From assembly GCA_973895155.1 (NCBI GenBank), contig OZ316898.1:6931079-6995078 (forward strand): a stretch of DNA of 64,000 nucleotides. The letters are read 5' to 3'. Positions 14,361 to 28,442 of the stretch are shown here, piece by piece. The stretch is from Marsupella aquatica (taxonomy: Eukaryota > Plantae > Marchantiophyta). The position numbers and the translations under genes were made by a program. Numbering within the stretch: position 1 is the first letter of the stretch; each line of letters opens with the position of its first letter. The notes under the pieces are model-generated. The model made no database searches, had not been told where the DNA came from, and saw only the letters and a list, made by a program, of their open reading frames with translations.

Positions 14361-16603
14361 ACTTGTGAACTTGTGTTGGCAATGGAAAACTTTTCTTTGA
14401 TCAACTCTCCCTTTTCCAAGGACCTCCCTTTCCTCACTCCCTCCCCCCCCCCCCGTCCTTCCCCATTCTATCAAATTTTTTTCCATGCTTTAAAATGGCA
14501 CATACCTGACTCAGTTTCTTTTAATTTAATCTTTGAATTTTGATATTATTCCACATGAATCCCACACAGAAGGGGGGCAAGGGGGGGGGGGCAATGCAAG
14601 CATATCAGCACCTAGAAGGGTGAAACAGGCCAAAGCAACCCAGAAGGAGAAAAAACCATGGGGGGCAGGCCCACATATGGTGGGTACACAAGACCTGAGT
14701 CGCCATGCCAAACCACAATTGAAGCATCCAAAGAGTAAAAGGCAACATCCCTACATCACCTTCACACACACATACAAGAGTTATCATCGGGGGATTACCC
14801 CTCCACTCAATGTTGTGAAAGGTCTGCAATGGGTAATATGCATGTGCTTCAACTCACCAAGTGACAGTCTAACCTATTTAACCTTCAAGCACAGGGCCAC
14901 TGCAAGTCCCTTAGCATACATCACTCCAATGTGAGAGTTTCCGGGAGAGTTTCCAATGTGAGAGTTAAAGTAGTTGGCAAACAAATCTCATCAAACGGTC
15001 TCTTTTATCTGCAATCACTTATCTGGTCCTTAGTAATCTTTTATGTCCATTCTCTGGGGGAGTGGGACCTCCAACAGCAGTCAGGTGATCCAAGGCTTCA
15101 GCCATTTCCAAGTGTGGATTAAAGCAGCCTCTTTGATCAGGGTCAAAGGTCTGTCCAATCCTAGTCAGCCATATATCATAGTATTGATGTGGAAATTGCT
15201 AGAGCTTCCACACCTTCCCACCCTTCTGTATGCCTCCTACTTTGCTGCCCCACTCCATGTTGACCTCCATAGCTCTCTAGACAGGATTCACACACATAAG
15301 TGCCTTGTTTTAACTTCTCTTGTTCCATACTATCTGAATCCAAACTAAATGCAAAAGTGACAACAGCAGTCCCACCAAAATGAGTGGGGGACTGAGTACA
15401 ATATCAGGGCAAGCGAGTAAGAGGGCACTGGGCAAAAATTTTGCAACTATTTTTAGTTTTGGTCTGGTGTGGAAGTCACTGTGGTTTGGAGATAGTAGTT
15501 GCACCTTTTATAGTTCTCGATCATTGCTCGGACTGGTTCATGTAAGAGAATCATGGGGTTCCCAATGAGGAAATAGTCTATTGAGCAACTAGGGCATGGG
15601 AGAGGTTCAACAGGACCACCGCTATTGTTTTCACGACCCATTTCTGTGAATAGATAACAATGATGTACATCCCAATAGGCCCATAGCAAAGCCATCCATA
15701 ACAGATCATTTGTGGTAGCTAGGCACTAGTGCACCTCATTGGAGGCTTGCACACAAGTAAACATGGATGTACCTTGCAGATCTTTCCTTTCTACACATTG
15801 ACACAATATCCCAAAACTCATGACTACTATATGTGTTATATATGTTGATGCTTGTTTTTGACAAGCTTTGAAAAATATTTGTACATCTATTTGGCTGCCA
15901 ACAAGTTTTCATGCAAATCTTTCCTTTTGTATTGCTTTGTTCATTCGTACCACCTTTTTTCAAAAAGAGCCACCGGTAGAAGCATGCATCGAACTAGAAA
16001 ACCAAGACAAAAATAAAAATGGCTGTTGAACATGGGCTCGTCATAAGATAGTGATGCCCGTGGACACTATGTTATATCACACAATGTACACATGCAAAGA
16101 AGTTGCATTAGTTGGTGGTACTTCTTGAAACCCAATATAGGACACTGAATTACCTACATTGATTGTTGACCAAAGCTATGTAAGTTTAGCTTGATAAGAT
16201 GCAACACTGGTATTAACATGGTAACAAAGTGTTATTTAAGCACTTTTGGACTGTTGTTCAAAACTTCAAATTTGCATTGGGCCTGTGTTGGGTTTGTAGC
16301 AACTGTTGGTTGAATTGAGACAACACTTACTGTTAACATGGGATTGGGGGTAGAGATTGGAGATAATGACGTGTTGGAGGGAATTGTGCCCTCCTAAGTC
16401 TAATAGAAATACAAAGAGAGGAGAGAAAGAGACGTAGAGTTGACCTAAATGAAATAGAGCTGCTATGCAGAATACTTCAAGCTGCATTTGCTTAGCATAA
16501 AAAATTTCTATAGAGGACATTACCATACACATTATGGTCTGGTATCTGGAAGTTGATATTTGAATGGCAATATGTTTGACTAAGGGACTCTCATGGAGCA
16601 AGA

Positions 16604-16970
16604 TGTTGAGTAAAGATGACATTCACAATGGCAAGCCCATGATCATTCAATGCACAAGTAGTCAACACACAGAGAAAGTGGTTCACCTTAGTTGAGGCTA
16701 CATCTACGGGAACACACCCTGGAACACACAAGAACTTTGTTCACTTGTATTCTAGGCCCATTGCCCATACCGAGTCTCTGCAATACAAATTTTATCTCTC
16801 AACTGACTTTGTAACAATGAGTCTGAGTTCCTCCTATCCAAGCAATCACTACTTGGGATATAGTGTGTTACACAAGTAACCTAACCAAGCTACAACTAAG
16901 GTTAACCCTAACTACAGTAACAATTGTAACTCTAGACTAAAGAGTAAATGACTAACAATATCCCCCTTGA
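16604..16970 (-). mobile_element. Copia-type 3' LTR with polypurine tract (truncated element)
   Basis: TGTTGAG...CTAACA (16604-16957), followed by ATATCCCCCTTGA, which reads as PPT AAGGGGGATAT-TGTTAG on the minus strand. Shares the core CAAGTAGTC..CAC...GTGGTTCACCT...GAGGCTAC.TC.ACGGGAA with the solo LTR at 53752. Confidence 0.75.
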
Positions 16971-18827
16971 CTGTGGTCTAGGGGAGTGTGTACTGCTGAC
17001 CTATATGATTCCTTCGCGTGAAGTTTTGGACAAAAACCAAACCAATTTCCCCTCTCTAACTAGAGCAAACCAGAACTAAGCTCGGGCTCAACTAAAAAAG
17101 TATGCTCTAGGTTGTTATGCTTGACTCAAAAGTTATGCTTCAGAATGGACCAGGCAGGTTGCAATAGACCTTCAAAACATCTTGGAAAACCTGAATGGCT
17201 GATAATTGGTCTCTTGCTCAATATATTATATGTTGAAATGACTCCATGAATGGCTCGATCCTCCAAAAAAATGTGGAAACAAATAATACTAAAACAGGGC
17301 AACAACCTGCTATTTTTTTGAACTCTGGCGTTTTCTTGGGATGGCTGAAACCTGGCTCGGTGACCTTCCATTTGGCCCGCCATTTGGTAGTTGGCTTTGT
17401 ACTCTTTTTGCATTCAAATGGGTTTCTCTTGCTTGGTGTTTGCCTCAAACCAAGTGGAATACACTTTTGGCCTTTATGAATGAGTCTGGTCTAAGTTGAC
17501 TCCTTGGCCTTCCTTGTTTGGAGTGGATTATACCAGCTATTGTGTTTTACTTGTTAGTAAAGCATGTTTTTGAAACAAAACAAAGAACAATGACCTATAC
17601 TAAGCTTATTATTTTGGAGAAAACAAGAACAATGCATTAGGATAGCTGCAGCTTGGTTGGTGATTTTTGATTGCATAATGGCTACTTAAACTTGCTACCA
17701 GACTTTCACAGGTGCCCGCACAAGTGGCTGATAAAAACTTTCCCAGGCAAGGAGTTTTCTCAGCCTACCTTTTTAGGCATTTGTGATGATACCTGGCCAA
17801 GACATGTGTTCATGGCCTCCTTTGACAGAAGACACTGTTTTTCGGTCATTGACCTGAGTGCATAAATTAAAGCCATTTCTGGAATTTAATTTTCTACCCC
17901 TTTTTGCTGGATGGCTAGCACTTTTCAGCCCCTGTCGTTGGGACATCATATTTTGAATGGGGTGCCATTTTTCAATAACTAGTTTTTGTGCCAACTTACT
18001 ATAATTATGGCTACCAATAGGATAGTGTCTTGGATAGAGAGCATTGTGAGATATAATGTTCCCAAAATGGTTTCAATCATAGATTGAGGGCACACTAAGG
18101 CCCACAATGCCTGTAACCAAAACTCTTATGCATAAACTTGAGTGAGCTTTGGAAAAAACAAAAACTTCAAAATCACCAAAGTAAAAAATAGTATGTCAAG
18201 AAAGAAGAAAAAATTTAGGGTTGAAGCCATTCGGTCCATTGGTTTTAATGATGACCAGAACATAATGCATCCAGAAATTACACAAAAAAAACCGACAGAC
18301 AAATACATACATGGTAATGGTCTCGAGATGGGACCTCACTGAATATGAAGGTCAACTGTGTGTCGACCTACGTATGTTAGGAGGCATACGGGAGACCATA
18401 CTCGTATGCATAATGGCAAACCCATTGACCAATGTTAAGGGTATGTTTGCCACAAACAGGCCAGATAAGTTTTTGGCACAAACGACAAACAGGACTGTCA
18501 CCTTTTGACACACACCCTGATTGTACTGCCTTTGCACATCCTAGAAAATTATGATAATATCAATATCTCACATTATGAGTAATAATGTGACAATCTGGCA
18601 GATCTTGATTGACCCAAATGCTTCTTTAGTCAACCAATGCCCCTAATATATTTAGAAGAACACTCACTGATTTACACAAAATAACATATTTAGAATAACA
18701 TTTTCATTTGCACAAAATAATTGTGTTCATCCTGCTATAGAGCCACGTACACAATATAACACATTTAGAGTAATATATCAATTTAAACAAAACAATAGGG
18801 TTTATCATGGTATAGAGCCAAGAATGA

Positions 18828-19217
18828 TGCTGCCATGGACCACAACGTCGGTTTTTTAAACCCCCATGGACCACATTTCCCAAAATTTGAGTTTAATTGT
18901 AATAACTTGATGTTCATAAATTCAAATATTTTTTAGGTTCAAATATGTGCTACAGGAGTAGGTAAGCTACACTTCCATCAAAGTGACAGTGATTTTGGTC
19001 ATTTTGGTTGAGTTATTCATGATAGAATGCGGAGGGATAAATTCTACTAGATTAATTTGCATTGTCTTAATATGGAACATTAGGGCTTGTGTTTTTACTA
19101 TCTCCTCCTTCTCTAGTTGCCTTTCTAGTGAAAAATTAAAATTATTTTAAGACTCATAATCATCAAGTTATAAGCCCAAAACTCCCATGGACCACCAAAA
19201 TGTGGTGCACGGCAGCA
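18828..19217. mobile_element. MITE with 17-bp terminal inverted repeats
   Basis: TGCTGCCATGGACCACA at left versus TGTGGTGCACGGCAGCA at right (15/17 complementary); subterminal CCATGGACCAC repeats; AT-rich interior. Confidence 0.6.
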
Positions 19218-20058
19218 CTATGTCCGACATGGTGGTCCAACTGGGTTTCATGTTCATATAGAGCCACATAGTACATTTTGATGTGCAATATTTAGAAAGT
19301 AAAGCCTGGAAGACAGAGGGGTTTGCTGTAAAGCTTCCCATGGATTTCCAAAGTTGAGATGGACTGACTTAGAACATCAAAATCTGCTCGGATAACACTC
19401 TTTACAAGTTTGACTCACATACATGACCATTAAGTCACGGTTCACAATAACTACTCAGGGCATCCTTCATAAAAGTGAAGCATCCTTTCCCAAAGTGATA
19501 AGTTGGTGCTTGTGCCCTGAGAGCGTTCTTCACAAAAGTGAAGCATCTGTTGGTGGTTAGTTTACAATATTTGATCATCTTTGCACTCATCAACAATGCA
19601 TTAAATGGTTTCAGAAAAAAATGAAAATTTGTAGATAATAGATTGGCCATCAAAGAACATGCTTGAAAATTTTGAGCTGATCCAAAGCTATTTAATTAAA
19701 TGCACAAGTTTGCTGGAAAAAGTTGTTTCAGTAAATACACAAGTTTGCCCCAAAAATTAGCATTTCATAGTTGATCAACACACCTGGAAAAATTATTCAG
19801 TACTTCTCAAAAGTGAAGTGCCCTTCTAAACATAGCCAAAAAATGTGAATTTTTTGGTATAAGGTGAAGCAGTGTGTGTCCATGGGGATGGGCAAAACAA
19901 ACCTCTGGGTCCATGGGCTTAACTTTTTTTGTTGTGGCAATATTTAACACTCACTTTATATAATTAATTAACAAAACTAATTAACCGAGACATCTGCGTG
20001 CCCTCCGTTGGCCCTGCTTGCGTGATCCATACCACACCACTAAGTGGAGACTCCGTGC

Positions 20059-20088
20059 CTCTCTCTCTCTCTCTCTCTCTCTCCTCTC
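20059..20088. repeat. (CT)n microsatellite in the SAC gene promoter region
   Basis: Direct reading of the CTCTCT run. Confidence 0.9.
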
Positions 20089-20850
20089 GATCGTGATGTC
20101 TTCTACTCTTCCTGTCTCCGCAACAGTCCGCACGGCAGAGGCAAAGCGAATTGTAATTGACACGGACGGAGAGAGAGAAAGAGAGGAGCGACGGTGTGAC
20201 CAGACTTCATTGATTGCAGTGCAGGCCCCACTACGGTCGGAACTATTAAGAAGTTGAGACGTTTGGTCCTAGAGTGTGTTAACATAACAATAATAACGGT
20301 AGTCGCTTCGAAGGAGTGTGAGTGCGTTTCAAGAGAGAATTAGAGGAAGGAGAGGTTTTCTGTAGAGAAGTGTTTATTCGCTGGTGATGGAGAATTGCGC
20401 TTATTAAAGCTATGGTGGAGTGTGGGGAAGGATGTGACGAGAGATGCTGCGTCGTTGCTCATGAGTGTTCGGAATGCATGAGGGCTAGGCTGCGTGGGAC
20501 TGCGCTAGAGTGGGCCAGAGTACTGGGCCGGGCGGAGATTCCGGGAAGGCATTGGTCGGCGGCGAGGGTGCAACGAATGCATTTGTGGCATGAGTTGTGG
20601 GGCTTGAGGACTTCTGTGATGAGCTTGTGGTGAAGTCTTGGATGGAATTGAGCTGATGGAGAGAGGGGAGGGCATCATGGTTGCAGCAGATCGCAGACTA
20701 TTACTACCCCGACGTGTGGCCGCGCTGCGCAGCGCTGATTCGAATGCTGCGCTTGAGAAGAATTGGATTTGAGCAGGGAATTCTGGCTCTTTGGAATTCG
20801 CCGACCGATGGACTCATGATTTTTGTTACTCTGTCGGAGCTGATGGACTG

Positions 20851-23800
20851 ATGGGGAGAGACATTATGGCCACCACAGCCCCTACCCCCGCGCGCGGGGC
20901 CGTGGAGTCAGCAGCAGCAGCAGCAGCAGATTTCGATGCTGATCCTTATTCCCTCGAGAGGTTCACGCTGTATGAAACTCGAGCGGTAGGCTTGTCTTTC
21001 AATTCGTTCCGTTTATTTTAATCTGTAGTCTTTAGCATTTTGTCCTATTTTTGTTTTTCTCCGTCTCGGACTTTCGTCAATAGTTCTGGCATGGTTGGTG
21101 TCTCCGAGGGTCTCTTCGGGTTTATCTAATCTCAATTCTTGATTTTTGTCACCTGTGTCACAATCTGCGGAACAGAGATTCTATTTGGTCGGGAGGGACA
21201 AGAGTAAGACACATTTTAGGGTGTTGAAGATTGATCGATCGGAGACCTCGGAGCTCAATATCAGCGAGGATCCTGTAGTTTACACTCAGATAGAATGCAA
21301 TAATCTGCTGCAAAGGGTTGCGCAAGGGAACCTAGCAACTGGAGGATTGACCAAAGTCACGAAAGCGTATGGAATCGTTGGTGGGTACATATGCTCTGCG
21401 TAAATATATTATTGCCTACACATTCATAATTGTATTTGTCTGGCATGTCATCACGTCCCCCAAGATCGTTTGAAGAGACAATGGCCCAAGATGATCTAAG
21501 AAAATATCTTACTTCTTCCCTTGTTTTTCCTCATTATATCTAGTTGGTCCCGAAGTCTAATGTGTGCTGATTCTGGATCAAGCCATTCAGTGCAGGAGTT
21601 TCGTATAATATTGTTTGTTTGTCTGCGGTTCAGAGTCGCTCAATGTTCAAGAATATTGTGTATGGAATATTGGCTGACGGAACTCTTCCTCTCACAGGGT
21701 TCATAAAATTCTTGGAGTCTTATTACATGATTTTGGTCACAAAGCATCGTCAGATTGGGATGCTTTGTGGCCATGCGATCTATGCAATCGAGGAACATCA
21801 GCTAATTACCATTCCACATACGTCTGTTCAAACTGATGTTGCATCCTCAAAGGCAGAGCTTAGGTAGACTCTTATCGCTCACAATCACAAAGGTCACCCC
21901 CGTCCATTTCTCACTTGACATTCAGATACTTCTTGAATTCTGGATATGCGCTATGCACTCTCTATCAACGCTATAGATTGATCCTTTCCACTCGTGGATA
22001 GTCCGCCCGATTCATTATCCTGTGAATGTGTCCATTTGTAGGTAGTGCAAATAACCTTTGCTACATATCAGCTATTGATGTGATATTTTATGCCGACTAA
22101 ATGGGTTCGATGGACAGGTACAAGAAGTTGCTATCAGGAGTTGACCTGACTAAGGATTTCTTCTTCAGCTACACCTACCGCATCATGCAAAGCTTGCAAC
22201 GCAATGTCCTTGTCCCGGAGGGTGAACCTCTACCATATGAGAACATGTTTGTATGGAATGCTTATCTCACTCGAGGTATCCACGAACGACTCAATAGCAG
22301 TTGCTGGACCGTTGCCCTGGTTCATGGATATTTTGAGCAGGTAAATTGTCTGTTGTACCAAGTGAACTTTACGAGTAACCTGTCCTGGTTTATAGTGCAG
22401 ATCCCTTTGTAGAGCACTGTATGAAGGTTTGCGCAGATGTTGAAATTCTTTGCCGAAACATTACAGAATTTGGTCTAACTGGTGACAGTTCATGCCTGAG
22501 ACTTGTTCTGCCTGTCATTTATTTGCAGTCCAAGTTGTCTGTGTTTGGACGCATATTTGTGATCACCCTCATTGCCAGAAGGTCGAGACACTTTGCAGGC
22601 ACCCGGTAAGATCAGATCTCTATTCCTGTTCATGCTCTGGACGATGACATGTGACGACTAGCGTTTATCCTTTGCCTCAAGCGAAAGAAGTGTGTTTCTG
22701 CGGGATAGTGTCAAACCGACCGAATGAACGGGACTGGATTGTCAGAGTGTGATTGAAATGGAGGGCCCGGTACTGTACTGACAATTAGAGGGACTTTAGC
22801 AGTGTTGCGTTGAACAGCACTTCAACCGTTGACGTAACAAAAGACATAATACAAAGTGTTTTGGATGTGATTCCCATTTTTACCAGTTCACCAGCGCCAT
22901 TCACTTTGAAACTGCGAGTACTTGAGAACACTGGAGATTGTTGCTAAAATCATCTTGGGTCCCTGAAGTTTATGTCTGTTGGTCATAGACAGAGCTGAGT
23001 AACACATTGATATCGCTTCAATCCAGTGGGCCTTTTGTTGAACGTGAAAGTGAATGTTTTAAGCTCTAATTTATCGACGGGTCTTTGATCAGCCTTCTGT
23101 ATATTTTGACAGGTATTTGAAAAGAGGTGTCAATGATAAGGGTAAAGTTGCGAATGATGTGGAAACAGAACAGATTGTGCTAGACGAGGAGTCTGGATTT
23201 GGTGCAACTGTAGGCCAGATGAGCTCAGTTGTGCAAAACCGGGGCTCTATCCCACTCTTCTGGTCTCAGGAAGCTTCCAGGCTTAGTCCTAAACCAGACA
23301 TCATATGTACGTACGGCTATTTTATATTTACTAAGTTTTTAGTCGTGATCATGGCAAAGTATTTTTGCCTCCATCCTTCTTTCGACATCAGAGCAGAGTT
23401 TCTAGTCTTTTACTGTCGAGCTCTGCTCTGTCACCTATCTTATACCTCGGGGTATATTCTATATGTGATAACTTCGTTTGCTCTGCACAGGAGTTTAATG
23501 TTCATGGAGTTCTAGTTGGGTCATGTGATGAGGTGCAGTGACATGGAAGGACTGTTGGAAATGTTTGACTGAAGGATTGCTTTTGCTACTGTGGTGATAT
23601 TTTTCTTGCAGTGCAAAGATATGACCCAATCTATCAAGCTACAAAGCTGCACTTCGAGGACCTTGCTCAAAGATACGGCAACCCAATTATTGTTTTGAAC
23701 CTTATTAAGGCATGGTTCTTTCGTGCGTATCACAGCCCGTCCTTCTAGTCTACTGATTCTGATTTCTGTTGTCACCACCTGTTGCCAGGGTCACGACTCT

Positions 23801-26800
23801 TAATGTGCTTGAAGGGTTTAGGGATCAGTAAAAGCTGCGGATTTTATCTTATCCTGTCAATTTCTGAGAGGAGATCAGGTAGTCAGTCACCAGTGGACAT
23901 CTCTTGTTAGGTCATGCATAGTGCAAACAACAATTAGACTAATATCCGGTGTTTTTCCAGACGGTGGAGAAGAGGCCCCGTGAGATGATGCTTCGACGAG
24001 AGTTTGCAAACGCTGTTGGTTACCTTAACAACATATTTCCAGAAGACAGTCGGCTGAAGTTCATTCATTGGGACTACCACAAGTTTGCTAAAAGGTTTTC
24101 TCTCAGCTCCATTACCAATATCATATCTGAAGGTCGTTTCGGTCATTTTGACATGAATTAATGTGTTATCGTTTCTGTGTTGCAGTAAGTCAGCAAATGT
24201 TCTAGCAGTCCTTGGTGCCGTAGCCAGTGAAGCTTTGGACCTCACTGGCATATATTATAGTGGAAAGCCTTCCATAGCTAAGCGGAGGGGACGACTACAG
24301 AGATCTTCTACTACAACGATGCAAGTTTCTTCACCATCCTTTCATTCCTCTCAACAAATCCTCTTTGAGATGCTCGTCGATCTGATCTAACTTTGAAACA
24401 TTTAGGAGACTTGTTTCCCATTACTGGGTCTCTAGGGTGCCAACGTCTTTTTGCTGGAAGTCTGTGAGTATACAGAAACGATTTTAGTCCACCGACGAAG
24501 ATATTTTGCTGCATCTCCAGACCTAGGTGCGGCTGGGGGGTGACGAGAATTGGAAGAATTGTTCCGATCACCTGGAAGCATTGTGTTTAGGCTACTTCGG
24601 ACGAATGAATGCAACAGGGACGATTGTATCTGTGGAGTTGCTGTTGCTGTTAGATACGTATGATGTGCCACGAAGAACATGAAACCTTGTGCTGTACCCA
24701 TTTCTTGTTGCGTGTACAAAGGGTCCTGTTACAACCAGTAATTATTTGGATTGCTCTTGTGACTACAGGGAGACCATTTTGGGGCGAATGTCTCCCCCTC
24801 CAGTCAGAGAACTAACCAGAGATTTTGGGAGCATGACCATCACCGGCGTCAGCAGCATAATTCGGGATATAGAAAAGGATCGTGCGAAAGAAAGGCCGCT
24901 TGCTACAGGAAGAAAACCTCACTTTCAGTGCGGAGTTTTGAGAACAAATTGTATTGATTGTCTTGACCGTACAAATGTAGCACAGTATGCTTATGGATTA
25001 GCAGCCATTGGTCGCCAGCTCTATGCTTTGGGGTACACCGATGCAGTTAAGGTCGACCCAGATTCTGGAGTGGCGTCAGCGCTGATGGACATGTATCAAA
25101 ACATGGGTGATGCTCTTGCTTTGCAGTATGGTGGTTCAGCAGCGCACAACACTGTAAGTTTGGTGTTGTAGGAGAGTTTTAGTGAGAAACTCTCTGCTTT
25201 CTGTGAAGAATTCAGATCAGTAATGCATGTCATAGACAGAAACCAAGTACCATGATTCCAGAGTAGCTTTCAGTGCAATTCAAGGAAAATGTCCTCTAAT
25301 TAGAACATCCGATATCCATGGTATATTGTGGTTAGACCGTGCTTTTTTCTCTTTAACAAAACCCTTTCACGAAATCCCCGTTGAATTCCGTGTTTTCTGC
25401 TATTCTCTGTCTGGTCTAATGTGTGAGTTACACTGTTCTGCAGGTCTTTCATGAGAAACAGGGAAAATGGAAGGCTACGACCCAGTCGAAAGAATTTTTG
25501 AAGTCTATCAAACGTTATTATAGCAACACATACACCGATGGTGAAAAACAGGATGCTATAAACTTGTAAGGCTGGCCACTGTCCTTTATAATTTTAGTGT
25601 ATCGGTTTACATCTTCTCATAGATTGATTGGATGGCCGTTCGATACAATGCTTGCTTTGGTTCCCAACCGTGCATGTAGCGTTGTCTTATTCTGGATTTT
25701 TTGTGCCATGCTATTTGTTTACAATGTACTAGGAAAGACGTCACATGAGGCTGCGTGTGTCCGGTATGTGTGCTATATTTATTGATAAGGTTTCATTGCT
25801 TCTTTACCGACCTGAATGGACGTAAAAGGCCGAAATGAAAACAATTTCTTCCAGGAATTAGAACGAAATTTTGTTTGACAATATTGATGGCATACTGGAT
25901 AAAGACGCATGTTTTTCTCTTATGTTGATATTCCTCTTCTCGAGGAAGTGTTGTTGTAGTAGTTTGATACAATCAGACAATTCGTAGTACCATAGCTTCA
26001 CTAGCCACAATATTTAAATGGAAACTTATCACAATAAATAATGGTGCCATATTCGCTGCTCACGAATGGAAAACTCCTTGTGAAGGTTTTTGGGACATTT
26101 TCAGCCACAGGAAGGCAAACCTGCTCTCTGGGATCTTGATTCTGACTATTATCTACATCTGGGGGGCTTCGGTGATGAATCTCCAAAAGAAGCTGATAGG
26201 TAATGCTGGAAGCTTTTACTAGCTTTAGGTTCACGGCCACCTGGAACTTAGACGGAAGGGCATGGTATTTGATTTGTTCTTTCGATTGCTTAGGAACGGA
26301 GAAAACGAATAGTGCAAACGATTGCTTTGCAAATACTCGGAGGATTCTTTCGGTCAAAAACAGCTTCCCAGAATACCTGACACGGCACAGAAAGCGACTA
26401 CGGTTTTGATGTGAAATGGTCGTCGTTTCTACCTTTTCCTTGTTTTCCTTCTAGATTGGTGAATGTTTTGGAGTGCTGTGGTCAAGGGCTCACGAGTTTA
26501 CTCTCCCCCTGTTTTGGTGTACAGGGTTGCCCAAAAACCTTGGATGGAACCTGTGGTTCAACAAAACTTGAGTGGTGCTATCTCATTTTTCCCAGCATAT
26601 CGGCAGGATTTTCGACTTGCAAAGTTGACTTCTTTCGACAAGCTCTTTCAGATTACTTGTGGTCCAATAAAGAACGTCCGCTTGTATAATGAATCTGAGA
26701 ATAGGATTGGAGGAGTTTCAATCACAGCACCTGACGCTGCGTAAGTCTTATGGAGAAAGTTATCTCCTTTAACCGTTGTCGAGAGTCGAGATAGTTGTCT

Positions 26801-28442
26801 CTTTTAGTACATATTGCTGCTTATTGAAAGGTCTAGTCATGTTCGTTGTTTTAACCGATTCCTTAGTTGTTCAAAGCAGTCAGCACTGTTGGGACAAACA
26901 CCTAAAAGGCTCATAAGAGGAGTATTCGTTTGCTGGATTTTAGTAAATTATTTTTTAAGGATAGTCAACAGTCTTTCAACAGCATCGGGCCTTGAATGCG
27001 CTAAACAGTTCGTTTAAGTAAAAAACGTCGGCAGTCGAGAAATTGTATCAGTTCTGTGACCCTGTTCTTATTGGTGCAGCGAGGTGCAGCTGAAGAGTCC
27101 GAATTGGCTGTTTGGCCAACGCAAGCTTGAGGAACCAAATGTAACTAGTGCCGAGACTTCGCAAAAGGATAAAACCAAAGCGACAGATGATAAAGCCATT
27201 CGTGATTTTTCGGACTTCGATTGGCTGGCTTCTTCTGGGCCAACAGAAGAGGACATAAGCGATAGGTGAGATTTCCTTGATTACCCGGTTAAAAATTTTG
27301 ATGACGTTATTCTTGTTGGAATCTTTTGGAATTCAGTTTCTTTTTCTTTTCATGTACGCCAATTAGGATCAAAAATGATTGTAGAGAGTCCTTGCCATAA
27401 CAAGCAGCAATTTCTAGTCCACTGTAGGATTGCCGACATGGCTTGAAGATGTATGATAAGAACTTGCGAGGCTTATGTATGATAAGAACTTGCGAGGCTT
27501 ATGTATGATAAGAACTTGCGAGGCTTATGTATGATTTGATATAGTAGCTAAGGCTCATGTTCCAACTTTGCACAGGCAATTTCCGGCTTCTGTTGAGGAT
27601 GATCTGGGCTGGTACGGTACTCTTCTTCTTCCAGGCACTGTTGGGGATAGTAGAGCCAATCAACATTATGTGGATTGTTGCAAAGTAAGCTCTCCAGAAA
27701 GCATTAATCCTCCTTTGCATTTGGTCGAGTTCATCTCCTAGGTATGAAAGTGAGGGCTCCATTGCTTCTTGGTGAGCGATTCATTGTATATTCATGTTTG
27801 ATGAAGTAAGGTCTTAACTGTTCTACATCACCAATGGCGCTGCAAGCTCAAGTGGTATCGCCAGCGCAAATGTTTCTTGTTGCGCCATCTAATGTGATTT
27901 ATGGATGCTGGGCAGTGGATATCTATAGTTACTACGATTGCCTAACAGCATAAATTGGGCCAGAGTTACCCAAACAAAGACGTACCTCTGCTCCTAGTGT
28001 CCTACCATCTTGATTATGTGTTGAAATTTTTACTTTCAGTTTAGAAAACCACTATTTTTGAAGTTTAAATAAGATAGGATTTCTTGCGAAGAGCGAATAG
28101 TGTTCGACCAGGACGATGTTCCTGGGTGGAATATTGGTGATCTAACATATCATTGTGGAACTTTAGGGTCCAATGGAAGGCCTTGCGGACATCGAATCTG
28201 CGGAGGCATCTGACTTGCCTATAATGGATGAAGTGAGCGAGGAATATGCTAATACCTTCAAATCAGACGGCGTGGAAGCTGCCATGGCAGCTGCAATGAA
28301 AGAATACGGTGAGATTGGGAGTGATATCGCAAGCATAATGCCTGGTGGAGGGCCGTCTGTGGAATACAGCAGCAATTTTGCTCAATGGGTATTTAAAAGG
28401 GCTACTGAATATGTCAGAGAATCAGAAGTCTTTGTCGCTTGA
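20851..28442 (+). CDS. SAC1: SAC-domain phosphoinositide phosphatase, FIG4/AtSAC1-5 class
   Basis: Multi-exon model: [11 protein letters not shown]|RFYLVG...[50 protein letters not shown]|YLKRGVN...[25 protein letters not shown]|TVEKRPRE, catalytic [12 protein letters not shown] (CX5R), [34 protein letters not shown]; stop TGA at 28440-28442. The start could alternatively be ATG 20866. Confidence 0.95.
27449..27535. repeat. 26-bp perfect tandem repeat x3.3 in a SAC intron
   Basis: ATGTATGATAAGAACTTGCGAGGCTT starts at 27449, 27475 and 27501, plus a partial unit. Confidence 0.95.
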
